Virus record (IMG/VR): IMGVR_UViG_3300031240_000226 | DNA: 20,000 nucleotides | Direction: 5' to 3' (one strand) | From: an uncultured virus (IMG/VR IMGVR_UViG_3300031240_000226) | Lineage: Duplodnaviria; Heunggongvirae; Uroviricota; Caudoviricetes | Part shown: piece by piece, positions 8,568 to 16,978 of the stretch | Layout: the number at the start of each line of letters is the position of its first letter | Position numbering within the stretch: position 1 is the stretch's first letter | Notes under the pieces: model-generated | Databases searched by the model: none | The model's input: the letters and a program-made list of their open reading frames with translations, nothing else | Told to the model about the DNA's origin: nothing | Program-made: the position numbers and the translations under genes

Positions 8568-9791
8568 TTACTTTCTTTTGGCTCTACTTGCAGCCTCTTT
8601 TTTGCCCAGTTCTGCTAACTGATCTTCAATACTTGGGATGCCTTCTTTACCTTTCGCGCCACTTTTCTTATCAGGTTTCACACCAGCTAACTGCTCGATG
8701 CGAATCGTTTTGGCAAGTTTGATCGCTTCTTTAAACATGCGCTCTTTGATCTGAGGACCGTAGAGCACGTCAGCGACCTGGCTTACAAGGTTTCCCGCAT
8801 CAAATTTATCGATTTTTTTGTCTTTGTCGTAAGGCATGGGTGAATGCAAGTATGCAATCACCTCTTTTTTGATGTTCTGCACTTCTTCTTTTGTGAATTG
8901 GACTGTTACCTTAAGTGCCTCATCCTCATCATCTTGATAAATAAATTTATCAAAGTCTTCTCCTTGCGCCGGCGTGAAAAATTTATTTATCTCTCCGACG
9001 TATTTATCAACGGTTTCTTTCGGAATCTCGATTTTTTCCGGCTGCTTCTCCTCCTTTTTTTCCTTCTCTTTGAACTTCAAAGTTTCTTTTTTCTCTAGCA
9101 GGAATTTTTTAGCGGCAACACTCGCTTTCTCTTTTTTGATATCCGCAAGTTCCTGGGCGTCTTTGAATTCATCGGGGTCCTCAAATTTTTCTTTGTCGAG
9201 AACATATTTTTCAGCGAATTCATTGTTGAATAATTTGATGGCCTTGTCTCGGCTGATGTCTGAATTTTCAATGATAAATTTTTCCTGGAGAGCGATCTTG
9301 TCGTTCATCTTATCAGGATCCATCTTCATCAGACGCCCGGCCATCTCAATTCCTTCGCCGACGTTCTCCATGTCCCAGTCTTTGAGGAAGTCAGCAATAG
9401 CTTTTTCCTTTGGCGATTTGAATTCGTATTCCAGCGGCTTCTTTTTGGATTCCTCGAGTTGCTTGGATAAGTCTTTATTCCCTTCAATGAATTGGGTGAG
9501 AGCTTCCTCGGAATCAAATCCGAATTTATCTTTCAGAAATTTGCTGTAATCGACTTCGGCTGGCTTCTCCTCCGTCTTTTCTTCTTTTTTCTCCTCTTTT
9601 TTCTCTTCCTTCTTCTCTTCTTTGGCTCCCTCCGCGGCTTTACGCTCCTTGATATTCTCTATTCCTTCCTTGGAGCGGCCTTTGCTGGTGTCTACTTTTT
9701 CTTTTTCAACTACGGGCTTTTCAACAAATTTACCTTGTGCAATGTCAAAAACCTTTTCGGTTTTGACTTCTTCTGCTGTTTCATTTTCCAT
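8568..9791 (-). CDS. Highly charged scaffold-like protein (crAss gene-77-like position)
   Basis: 407 aa, very E/K/D-rich with (EEKK)n runs, located between portal and MCP. Confidence 0.7.
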   Translation of the reverse strand: MENETAEEVKTEKVFDIAQGKFVEKPVVEKEKVDTSKGRSKEGIENIKERKAAEGAKEEKKEEKKEEKKEEKTEEKPAEVDYSKFLKDKFGFDSEEALTQFIEGNKDLSKQLEESKKKPLEYEFKSPKEKAIADFLKDWDMENVGEGIEMAGRLMKMDPDKMNDKIALQEKFIIENSDISRDKAIKLFNNEFAEKYVLDKEKFEDPDEFKDAQELADIKKEKASVAAKKFLLEKKETLKFKEKEKKEEKQPEKIEIPKETVDKYVGEINKFFTPAQGEDFDKFIYQDDEDEALKVTVQFTKEEVQNIKKEVIAYLHSPMPYDKDKKIDKFDAGNLVSQVADVLYGPQIKERMFKEAIKLAKTIRIEQLAGVKPDKKSGAKGKEGIPSIEDQLAELGKKEAASRAKRK

Positions 9792-9813
9792 GATGTAATG
9801 TCGGTTGGTTGCT

Positions 9814-9821
9814 TAAAGTTA
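9814..9821 (-). promoter_or_regulatory. Candidate -7 box TAACTTTA upstream of the scaffold-MCP operon
   Basis: TAnnTTTR located between a terminator and the ATG at 9791. Confidence 0.45.
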
Positions 9822-9840
9822 AACTGAAATCTCCTAAAAT

Positions 9841-9864
9841 AAAAAACCCGGCTGTTATACCGGG
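9841..9864 (-). terminator. Intrinsic terminator downstream of the portal gene
   Basis: CCCGG-TATAACAG-CCGGG-TTTTTT on the minus strand. Confidence 0.75.
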
Positions 9865-9958
9865 GCTCCCAATCTCTTTTTTTCTCTTTAACATCGAGTA
9901 CTAAATCGCCTCGAAATCTTCGGATAAATGAGTTTAATTTCTGCTGAATTTTTATTGC

Positions 9959-10093
9959 TTAGAAGATTATGCTGCGATCGCCAATTATACGGATAGTCAA
10001 CAGGCAGAGCAACGGGTTCTTCGGCAAAGTAGTGGAGGTACCTGAGTAAATATAATTCTGATGAAAAGGATCACCTGCCATAACGCATGCCAT
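9959..10093 (-). CDS. Possible 44-aa small ORF coupled to the portal gene
   Basis: ATG overlaps the portal stop (TAATG) and reads MACVMAGDPFHQNYIYSGTSTTLPKNPLLCLLTIRIIGDRSIIF. No recognisable motif. Confidence 0.25.
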   Translation of the reverse strand: MACVMAGDPFHQNYIYSGTSTTLPKNPLLCLLTIRIIGDRSIIF

Positions 10094-12546
10094 TATTTTT
10101 TCTCTTTAGGTTTATTTTTACTCACCGTCATCTTAACATGAGCGTCCACGGCTGTCTTCGCATTTTGAGTTTCGGCATTGACTAGCCCAACTTCTTTATG
10201 TGCATCTGTCTTCTTATCCTCGGACCGACTTCGCATTGCTTCCTTGAGCACTGTATCAATTCCTTGTTGACGAGCAATACGCTCTTTCACCATCTCAGAA
10301 GTCTTGTTAACTTCACTGTCTAGCATTGCCTGGCGCTGCATCATCGCGTCATCGATACGCGCCTGAAGTTGCATCAACTCCATGTCATCATTCTTCTTTT
10401 TATCGAGTATCTGAATTTCAACTTCCAATTTAGCTTTCGCTGCTTCGGTGCCCGTCTGCATCTGAAATTGTTGCTCCTGTGCACGCATCTTCATTGCCTT
10501 GGCTTCATTCACTTTTTCACGGTTGGCCATCACCTGGCGGGCCATGGTCATATCCTTAATCTGACGAATGAAAGCAGAATCAGAAGAGTTCAAACGTCCT
10601 AGTTTGACAGCTTCGATCAATTCACCATAGAAGGCAATCCATTCCTCTTCTGTGGATTCTGGTTGCATCTGAAGACCATAATCGCAATAGGCAATCTCAT
10701 CGGGTACTTCGAAAAATTCAGTTGTAGATGTTCCCAGAGCTGGTATCATGCCAACAATCTTGGTCTTATCCATCTTCGCCTGTTGGGCAAGCAACATTAG
10801 CACATGGCTGGTTTCCTTATAAACCTGGCGATGGCCGTTGATCAGATATTCGATCGCATCATTGGAGGCATCGATGTTGCTCTTCATGGCGCCGGTGGTC
10901 AGGCGGTCCGGAAGCGTGGAGGATTCCACTACCGAGGATCCGCTGAGTTCATTCATGAAACTGATTGAAGCCGTAATTGTCGACATGTAATCCGCAATAG
11001 TCAACCCTGCATTCATTTCCCGGATCATCTGGCCCATCGGTTGGCCATAAGGACTGGTTGTTTGGCGAGTGACAAAGAGCCCTCCAGACTGCATGAAAAA
11101 GTCAATTGCCTCTTTTTCGGTCCATTTTTCTCCTCCTTTACCCAGCGCGATATTGTCAATTGCCGTCAAATTCAGTTCAAGTGGCCCCATTCTGCCTTTT
11201 GCCAAGATATCCTTCATCCGGTTCCACGCCACGTTGATCATATTGGCCGGCTCTACCATCTGTGAACACAATGACACCAAGCGACCTTCCTTCATATTCG
11301 GTGCAAAGGTGATAATTGGTAGCCGGGCATTGACCAGATTGGTATGGGGCATCTTCTTGCGCCCATAGCCATAGACGGTTTCGCTGTCGATGATCCAGGT
11401 CCCCCCGTACACATTGGTCCACGAATTCTGCACTACTTTCTGATCCTTGTTAGAATTTTCGGTCGGAAAATAATGGTAGTGGGTCTGGTCGAACATCTTG
11501 TTCCCCGTATCTTGGTGATTCCAAATCTTCCAGGCAACATTGTCGTTGGACAAGAAATAGTACCGCATCACCGGAATATACTCGAGCCCGTCATAATTAT
11601 CGTAATACTGGGGAAGTGTTCCGAAACTAGCCGCGGTGTTAGGAAACGCATGCGCGCTGATAATGTCTTCCATTTCGGATTTACTCAGTAGTCCCTCCGC
11701 CTCCTTCTTGAACTGGTTTCTGGTAATAAAATCAATAAAGAATGCATACTCCTGCTTCGAAAAATCCTCATTCTCGACGTAGCTTCCTCCCCAGAACTTC
11801 GGATTGATAGCCTTCGCCCGTGGAATATTGTTCTCATCCAAGTAGCAGTGCACATGCTGTCTTCCGATCACCGCTGAGTACCAATCGCATTCCCGCATGA
11901 TCTGACCCATGTCGTTGATGGTATTGTTCAGCAACTTCATGGTCTTCTCGGCATCAATTATTTTCTTAATCTTAGGATTCAGACTCATGTTGAAGATCAA
12001 CTCTTCTGGATACTCGGGAAGTATTGATAAATCTAACTCCGGCACGAAATCTTGTGCATTCAACTTCATGCTCTTGAACCAGTCTTTCATCTGGTAGAGC
12101 ATCTGAATCTTGGCGTTATGTTCCTTCGCTTCATTCACACTGAGCGGATCCACGGCGGTGAAGCTGATATCGTATCTACCTGTCCGCTGCATCTTCGCTA
12201 CTGCGCGGTTGATATATTTCGTCACCAAATTTAAAACTTGGACATCGATGTACGCGAGGGATTGGTTATCGGATTGGGTTTGGCCTTTGTCATTAAAGAA
12301 CCCAAGCATACGAAAAATTGGTTCGACACTTTGGCGTCCTTGAGCCAACTCCATCAAGGCATTATAATTGGTTGTATCATTGAAAAGACGGTAGCCATAG
12401 CGATTTTGACTGTGGTACATTGCAAGGGCCGCAGCAAGACCATACTTATCATTCTCTTTTGCCTTGGGGCTTGCAAATTCGTCTGGAAAACAGAAACGAG
12501 AAGCGGATCCGTAACCGCTAATTGTATTCACAGAAGAAGTGGCCAT
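10093..12546 (-). CDS. Portal protein (crAss-like, long C-terminal helical extension)
   Basis: 817 aa downstream of TerL. N-terminal FPDEFASPKAKENDKYGL..A, a YDISFTAVDPLSV motif and an M/Q/E/K-rich coiled-coil C-terminus. Confidence 0.88.
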   Translation of the reverse strand: MATSSVNTISGYGSASRFCFPDEFASPKAKENDKYGLAAALAMYHSQNRYGYRLFNDTTNYNALMELAQGRQSVEPIFRMLGFFNDKGQTQSDNQSLAYIDVQVLNLVTKYINRAVAKMQRTGRYDISFTAVDPLSVNEAKEHNAKIQMLYQMKDWFKSMKLNAQDFVPELDLSILPEYPEELIFNMSLNPKIKKIIDAEKTMKLLNNTINDMGQIMRECDWYSAVIGRQHVHCYLDENNIPRAKAINPKFWGGSYVENEDFSKQEYAFFIDFITRNQFKKEAEGLLSKSEMEDIISAHAFPNTAASFGTLPQYYDNYDGLEYIPVMRYYFLSNDNVAWKIWNHQDTGNKMFDQTHYHYFPTENSNKDQKVVQNSWTNVYGGTWIIDSETVYGYGRKKMPHTNLVNARLPIITFAPNMKEGRLVSLCSQMVEPANMINVAWNRMKDILAKGRMGPLELNLTAIDNIALGKGGEKWTEKEAIDFFMQSGGLFVTRQTTSPYGQPMGQMIREMNAGLTIADYMSTITASISFMNELSGSSVVESSTLPDRLTTGAMKSNIDASNDAIEYLINGHRQVYKETSHVLMLLAQQAKMDKTKIVGMIPALGTSTTEFFEVPDEIAYCDYGLQMQPESTEEEWIAFYGELIEAVKLGRLNSSDSAFIRQIKDMTMARQVMANREKVNEAKAMKMRAQEQQFQMQTGTEAAKAKLEVEIQILDKKKNDDMELMQLQARIDDAMMQRQAMLDSEVNKTSEMVKERIARQQGIDTVLKEAMRSRSEDKKTDAHKEVGLVNAETQNAKTAVDAHVKMTVSKNKPKEKK

Positions 12547-12564
12547 TAAGTTGTGTTTTGCTTA

Positions 12565-12572
12565 TAAAATTA
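12565..12572 (-). promoter_or_regulatory. Candidate -7 box TAATTTTA upstream of the portal gene, inside an inverted repeat
   Basis: Minus strand TTGCTTA-ATTTTA-TAAGCAA. The TTGCy lead-in matches the TerL box. AT-rich, so a chance match is possible. Confidence 0.35.
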
Positions 12573-12585
12573 AGCAATAAATTGA

Positions 12586-13140
12586 TTACGCGGCATATCG
12601 ATTTTCTAAACCATATTCTTTCAATGCACTTTTATAAGCATTCGCCGCTTCTTTTTCTGAATCGAATCTACCTAAATGAATTGCTTTGCCATTAACGCGA
12701 ATAGCGGAAGCCCATTTTTTTCTTTCTTTATCCCAACGGGCACCCAGTAATTTTGAACTCTTGCCTTTTATATTTAATTGATGAAAAGAGCAATTCTCTC
12801 TGTTGTTATCCCATTCAAGATTCCAATCATTGTTATTTGTTTTATCGCGATCGATATGATTGACTTGGGGGAGTTTTTTAGGATTTGGAACAAAATAAGT
12901 TGCTACCAAAATATGAACTTTAGTGGTTTTTGCTTTGCCATCTTTATGTAAATTAACGCCTAAGTATAATTCTTTTCCTTTACTTCCTATGCGTGCCTGT
13001 TTGAGAATTCTTTCTGGCCACGTTTGTGTTTCACCATTCACTTTAATAATTACTCTAAGTAAAGATTTTACTCTGCCGCGATTACTTACTTGATAGTAGC
13101 CGACATACTTCCGAATGTCTTTCCAGATTTCTTTTTTCAT
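12586..13140 (-). CDS. Free-standing NUMOD4-HNH-AP2 homing endonuclease
   Basis: EIWKDI..Y.GYYQVSNRGRVKSL (NUMOD4); VHILVA..FVPNP..LPQVNHIDRDKTNN..WNLEW...REN (HNH); GARWDKERKKWASAIRVNGK.IHLGRFDSEKEAA.AY (AP2). TAATG overlap with TerL. Confidence 0.93.
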   Translation of the reverse strand: MKKEIWKDIRKYVGYYQVSNRGRVKSLLRVIIKVNGETQTWPERILKQARIGSKGKELYLGVNLHKDGKAKTTKVHILVATYFVPNPKKLPQVNHIDRDKTNNNDWNLEWDNNRENCSFHQLNIKGKSSKLLGARWDKERKKWASAIRVNGKAIHLGRFDSEKEAANAYKSALKEYGLENRYAA

Positions 13141-15287
13141 TAGCTTATAAGTTGTCCGTGTTTATTGTAGCGATGGATTCTGAAATAAGAACTGATGGCT
13201 TTGGCTGGCTGGGCAACATGTTGACGTATCTGGCATCCTATTTCTTGCCATCCCCAGCAAACCGTATAATCATGCGGTTTAGTTTTGAGTGGATTGAAAA
13301 TTAATGCGTCGTCAACGAATTCGATGAATGGTTCTACATGGATAAAATATTCAATCTCGGTGCTGAGTAAATCAGTGTATTCATTAATCATCAAAGTGCT
13401 TGCGGGTGTTCCCTTCACTCCTAAGTCCGAGCGTTTAGTATTCTCTGCGATAGGTACATATTTATCAAGTAAGAAGTCATCACATCCGGCAGCGTGAAAC
13501 CAATTTATTACTCCTGGTTTTTGAGATTCTGTTTTCAATGGAGCACCAAGTAACCAACATACCATTAAAACTCTTTCAAATAAAATATTGGGATCATTTG
13601 GTCGTTGATCCATCATCATTACACGCTTATTAGTCTTGTACGGATATTTATCTATTGCCCGTTGCTCTAAAATTTCCTGACTCATTGGGCCATCAATACT
13701 GACATCGTATTTCCTTTTAAAACTTAGAACAGGTTTTGATCTTCGAGAACTAACATAATCTTCATCACTCCCATCTTCGTTAACAATTCCATGGTCAATT
13801 GGATCAAATCCGCCTCCAAAAAGTTGTCCGTTCAATGGACGATATTTGGAAACGCCATTGTCATTATACATTTCAATGCGATTCAATGTCTGTTTCTCTT
13901 CTTCATTCTTTGGAACCCAAGACCATTTAGACCAACCATTGATTGGATTGTCGATCATTACTACTTTAGTAAATCGAACATTATTTTGCCATCTTAAATC
14001 ATATCTCCTTAATGGAGGAGGATTCATCATTAATTCAAATCTTCTATCTTGAAGTTTAGTTGCATTGAATTCACAACGCTCAGTATCAACATAAAATACC
14101 TCATGCCAATTCAGGGGATGCTTACGAATTAACGAAGAGTGTTCTTTAGGATTGTCTTTAACTGCTTCTCGATCAGCAAAAATATATTTACGCGCTTTCT
14201 CTCTTTCTGGTCTACCGTATGCATCAATGCATCCTTCAAAATCACAGTCTGCTGGCATCATAGCAGCATATAATCCTGAAACAGTTTCTCCATTTTTATT
14301 TCTAATATCATAATCACTAGAGAAGCAAAGTTTTTTATAGGCTTTCCCGCCACGAGATGTTACGTCTAAAAACTCAACCGTTGTAACAAAAAGTGCGCGA
14401 CCAATAATATTTATTCCAAGTTTCAAACAACGTTTAACAAAATTCCACAACTCACTTATATCTCCGGTCATTTTTTTTCCAGGTTCTTCATTATAATAAG
14501 TATGAAGTTTTGCCTGATCGTATTTATTTGATTCTGATGTACGATAATCTAACCGAGATTCAAGAACTAATTTTTTTCGTGTGTTTAATCTACGCTTATT
14601 TCTTTTTGGGGGGTCTTTAAAAATAATTCCTTTTTTTTGTAGAGTGGTTGTATCATAAACTGGCCTTGAAAAATAAGGTAATTTATAAAATGGTTCGATG
14701 ATCATCTGCTCATAAAAAGCTCTGATCTTAACATCATCCTCCCCCTGTCCTCCTGCTAAATGTTTAAAATTAGTTGAGGTTCTGTTCATGGCCCAGAATC
14801 CCATCTTAGAACTTTTACCTGTACGCCGACCCGTATTATAAGTACCCCCATAGCATACAACATCTTCTTCCAGAAATTTCACCCAATACCAAAATTCTTT
14901 ATCGCTCTCTCGGAAGTCAGCATAACCAAATAATTGATGCCATTGGGTTAAATATTTATAATGATCTCCTGTAATGTATTCTCGTTCACCATCATTCCAA
15001 AACCAAATACCTTTTTGGCATCGGTCAAATTCTTGTTCTTCATACTGATTCAATAATTCTTGTTGTGGATGAATATATTCATCATCAAGTTCGCGTTGCT
15101 CTTCGAATTCATCCATCCATTCTTTCATTATTTCAGAGGGTTCTGTTCGAACAAACTTCTGTTCTTTGTGAAATAGAATTTCAGAATCGATAGGAAATTC
15201 AGGAAGGAAAACTTTTTTAATACCAGTTCCAGAAAGGCCAGTAACTAAATATTTAAAAACGTATTCATTGGTTGTCGGTGCGTACAT
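13140..15287 (-). CDS. terL: Terminase large subunit
   Basis: Walker A-like TGRRTGKS, Walker B-like HTYYNEEPGK, coupling motif FVTT, nuclease GGFDPID and C-terminal PHDYTV. Likely start is ATG at 15287 (715 aa), because the track's TTG at 15305 is inside a terminator U tract. Confidence 0.92.
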   Translation of the reverse strand: MYAPTTNEYVFKYLVTGLSGTGIKKVFLPEFPIDSEILFHKEQKFVRTEPSEIMKEWMDEFEEQRELDDEYIHPQQELLNQYEEQEFDRCQKGIWFWNDGEREYITGDHYKYLTQWHQLFGYADFRESDKEFWYWVKFLEEDVVCYGGTYNTGRRTGKSSKMGFWAMNRTSTNFKHLAGGQGEDDVKIRAFYEQMIIEPFYKLPYFSRPVYDTTTLQKKGIIFKDPPKRNKRRLNTRKKLVLESRLDYRTSESNKYDQAKLHTYYNEEPGKKMTGDISELWNFVKRCLKLGINIIGRALFVTTVEFLDVTSRGGKAYKKLCFSSDYDIRNKNGETVSGLYAAMMPADCDFEGCIDAYGRPEREKARKYIFADREAVKDNPKEHSSLIRKHPLNWHEVFYVDTERCEFNATKLQDRRFELMMNPPPLRRYDLRWQNNVRFTKVVMIDNPINGWSKWSWVPKNEEEKQTLNRIEMYNDNGVSKYRPLNGQLFGGGFDPIDHGIVNEDGSDEDYVSSRRSKPVLSFKRKYDVSIDGPMSQEILEQRAIDKYPYKTNKRVMMMDQRPNDPNILFERVLMVCWLLGAPLKTESQKPGVINWFHAAGCDDFLLDKYVPIAENTKRSDLGVKGTPASTLMINEYTDLLSTEIEYFIHVEPFIEFVDDALIFNPLKTKPHDYTVCWGWQEIGCQIRQHVAQPAKAISSYFRIHRYNKHGQLIS

Positions 15288-15292
15288 TGATA

Positions 15293-15300
15293 CAAATATA
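15293..15300 (-). promoter_or_regulatory. Bacteroidota primary-sigma -7 promoter element TATATTTG
   Basis: Exact TAnnTTTG, 3 nt after a terminator U tract and 5 nt before the terL ATG. Confidence 0.7.
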
Positions 15301-15303
15301 GGC

Positions 15304-15336
15304 AAAAAAAAGAGCAGAAGGTTGGTTCTGCTCTTT
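15304..15336 (-). terminator. Intrinsic terminator ending the small-gene operon
   Basis: AAAGAGCAGAA-CCAACC-TTCTGCTCTTTTTTTT on the minus strand (11-bp stem, T8). A second hairpin AATGAGC/GCTCATT lies at 15364-15382. Confidence 0.88.
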
Positions 15337-15377
15337 CACCTAAATACTTGATATGAATGAGAAAATGAGCCGCCTGC

Positions 15378-15920
15378 TCATTGAAATAAAGGTAAGGAAG
15401 TATCTGTTTGTTTCCAACCGAAATCTTTATTGGTCTTTTTACGATGGCATGAAGTACATAATTTTTTGTAATTACTTAACCATCCACCTCCACCACCAAA
15501 TTTAATTGGCCATTGATGATCTATTTCATAACTGTTTCTTCCACACTCACTACATCCAAAACCATAATAAATATGTAGATACTTGTCTATTATTTGCATG
15601 TGCCCAGCAATAATAAAATGCACATCCACGGCAAAGCGATTACATTCTTCTGCAGCCCATCGAGTTTGTCTACCAACTAATTTTCTTCCGCATCCACAGC
15701 CACAAGTTTTGTTATCATTTTTTGGAAAAATTATTCCAATGGATGTAGAGATGTAACGATGAAATGGATTGATGTGAGCATTCAGTCTTTTATAGGCTTC
15801 GGTGGGATCAAAAAACAAAACTCTTTTTTGCCAATCAGCAATTTCAAATCGTAATTCAATTGTAGGTAATGGCTGCCGACACCATTCTGGTTGCACTTCT
15901 AATATTTTACCAGATTTCAT
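15378..15920 (-). CDS. Zn-binding HNH endonuclease
   Basis: CSEC...EIDHQWPIKFGGGG..LSNYKKLCTSCHRKKT plus an upstream CGCGCG...C motif. Confidence 0.88.
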   Translation of the reverse strand: MKSGKILEVQPEWCRQPLPTIELRFEIADWQKRVLFFDPTEAYKRLNAHINPFHRYISTSIGIIFPKNDNKTCGCGCGRKLVGRQTRWAAEECNRFAVDVHFIIAGHMQIIDKYLHIYYGFGCSECGRNSYEIDHQWPIKFGGGGGWLSNYKKLCTSCHRKKTNKDFGWKQTDTSLPLFQ

Positions 15921-16111
15921 TTATTGCTTATCCTTTTTTCAAATCTCTCCAGTGCTTCTCCAATCTCTCTCATCATCTCCGCAGCACTTCTGTCTCCTTT
16001 ATCGATTAACTTCTTCATCTCAATCAGCCGCTCCTTAGTAATAATCTTCTTGACTCCTTTCTTTGCCCAAGGAGTATTGTCGCGGAAACCGAAGAGTTCG
16101 CCGTCAGCCAT
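15917..16111 (-). CDS. Hypothetical protein (64 aa)
   Basis: Overlaps both neighbours (ATGA and an 8-nt overlap); charged helical composition. Confidence 0.7.
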   Translation of the reverse strand: MADGELFGFRDNTPWAKKGVKKIITKERLIEMKKLIDKGDRSAAEMMREIGEALERFEKRISNK

Positions 16112-16313
16112 GCGATTTAGAATTGTACCATTTGATAAAATCTACTACGGTAGAATAAACGAATTCTTGATCTGCACCAATAGACATACATAAAACATCT
16201 TCTGTTGCTATTGGCCAATCATATCTTAATGTAGCAATCTTATTTACTACTTCCATTAATTTATTCCAATCAAGGTGAATATTTTCTATTTTGTTAATTG
16301 GACTCCAAGACAT
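16104..16313 (-). CDS. Hypothetical phage protein of the W.xLMxVVxKI...VVxFIKWYN type
   Basis: DWNKLMEVVNKI and VYSTVVDFIKWYN resemble a recurrent Bacteroidota-phage small-protein family, as recalled. The start is uncertain (see findings). Confidence 0.7.
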   Translation of the reverse strand: MSWSPINKIENIHLDWNKLMEVVNKIATLRYDWPIATEDVLCMSIGADQEFVYSTVVDFIKWYNSKSHG

Positions 16314-16352
16314 AAACCTTTTGGAGTAAACACCATTCTTCCCAAGGTATTT

Positions 16353-16541
16353 TCATATCCATTTTACATTTGCGTGATCAAATACAAAAAATGTTTCTCC
16401 ATTATCGTCGCTCTTGAAAACAAGACCCCATTTTCCTCCGGCTATATCAGCCCCGACACAAATAACTTTCTCCCCTTTATGAGGATGCTTTCCAATAATT
16501 ATCGCTTTCTTTTTATCGTATGGTGTTTCTCTCAAATTCAT
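16353..16541 (-). CDS. Hypothetical protein (62 aa, small beta-barrel-like)
   Basis: ATGA overlap with the upstream gene; short beta-strand pattern. Confidence 0.7.
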   Translation of the reverse strand: MNLRETPYDKKKAIIIGKHPHKGEKVICVGADIAGGKWGLVFKSDDNGETFFVFDHANVKWI

Positions 16542-16978
16542 ACTTTGTTCTTTAACCTTTCTTCTACGCTGCGTACCTTCTTCACCTGCTCCTTCGCAGT
16601 CTCTGCCAACTCCGCATAAATGATTTTAAAGCCCTCTTCAATATCATTCACCAGCCGCCCACAAAGAGCATCAATTTCGCCTTTCTTTTTGATATGTAAA
16701 AGGTCGGCTTCTTCGGAAATGGTGGGCTCTGATTTTTTGGGCTTACTTTTCAACGCATTGATCATCTCCTCCAAAAGTTCAATGCGGCTTATCAGCAATG
16801 TGTACCGATAATTTGATTGCTTATTCAGATACTCAATCACCTCGAGTTCGTGCTTCGGGCCGCTTGGTATCTCTATGCCTAACTTCGTTGCCACTTGCTG
16901 CTTGCGTGCCTGGAGGTCGGTGATGGAAGCGTATTCGGACTTCCAATTGTAAACGAGGTCGATGTATCCTTTGGTCAT
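16538..16978 (-). CDS. Hypothetical coiled-coil protein (146 aa)
   Basis: Start reassigned to ATG at 16978 (MTKGYIDL), which overlaps the upstream stop as ATGA. Confidence 0.7.
   Translation of the reverse strand: MTKGYIDLVYNWKSEYASITDLQARKQQVATKLGIEIPSGPKHELEVIEYLNKQSNYRYTLLISRIELLEEMINALKSKPKKSEPTISEEADLLHIKKKGEIDALCGRLVNDIEEGFKIIYAELAETAKEQVKKVRSVEERLKNKV

Noticed and set aside
9565..9625. (EEKK)n 12-nt repeat as a contingency locus
   Set aside because: Synonymous differences between units and in-frame low complexity are typical of scaffold-like proteins.
10058..10064. Hammerhead ribozyme core CTGATGA on the plus strand
   Set aside because: No stem II followed by GAAA, and no matching stem I/III arrangement was found.
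12586..13140. Group I intron or intein hosting the endonuclease
   Set aside because: The ORF overlaps the terL stop and leaves under 40 nt before the portal ATG, so there is no room for a ribozyme. Both flanking genes look complete.
15378..15920. HNH protein as a terminase cofactor or small subunit
   Set aside because: It is separated from terL by a strong terminator and ATGA-coupled to the small-gene operon; adjacency alone is insufficient.
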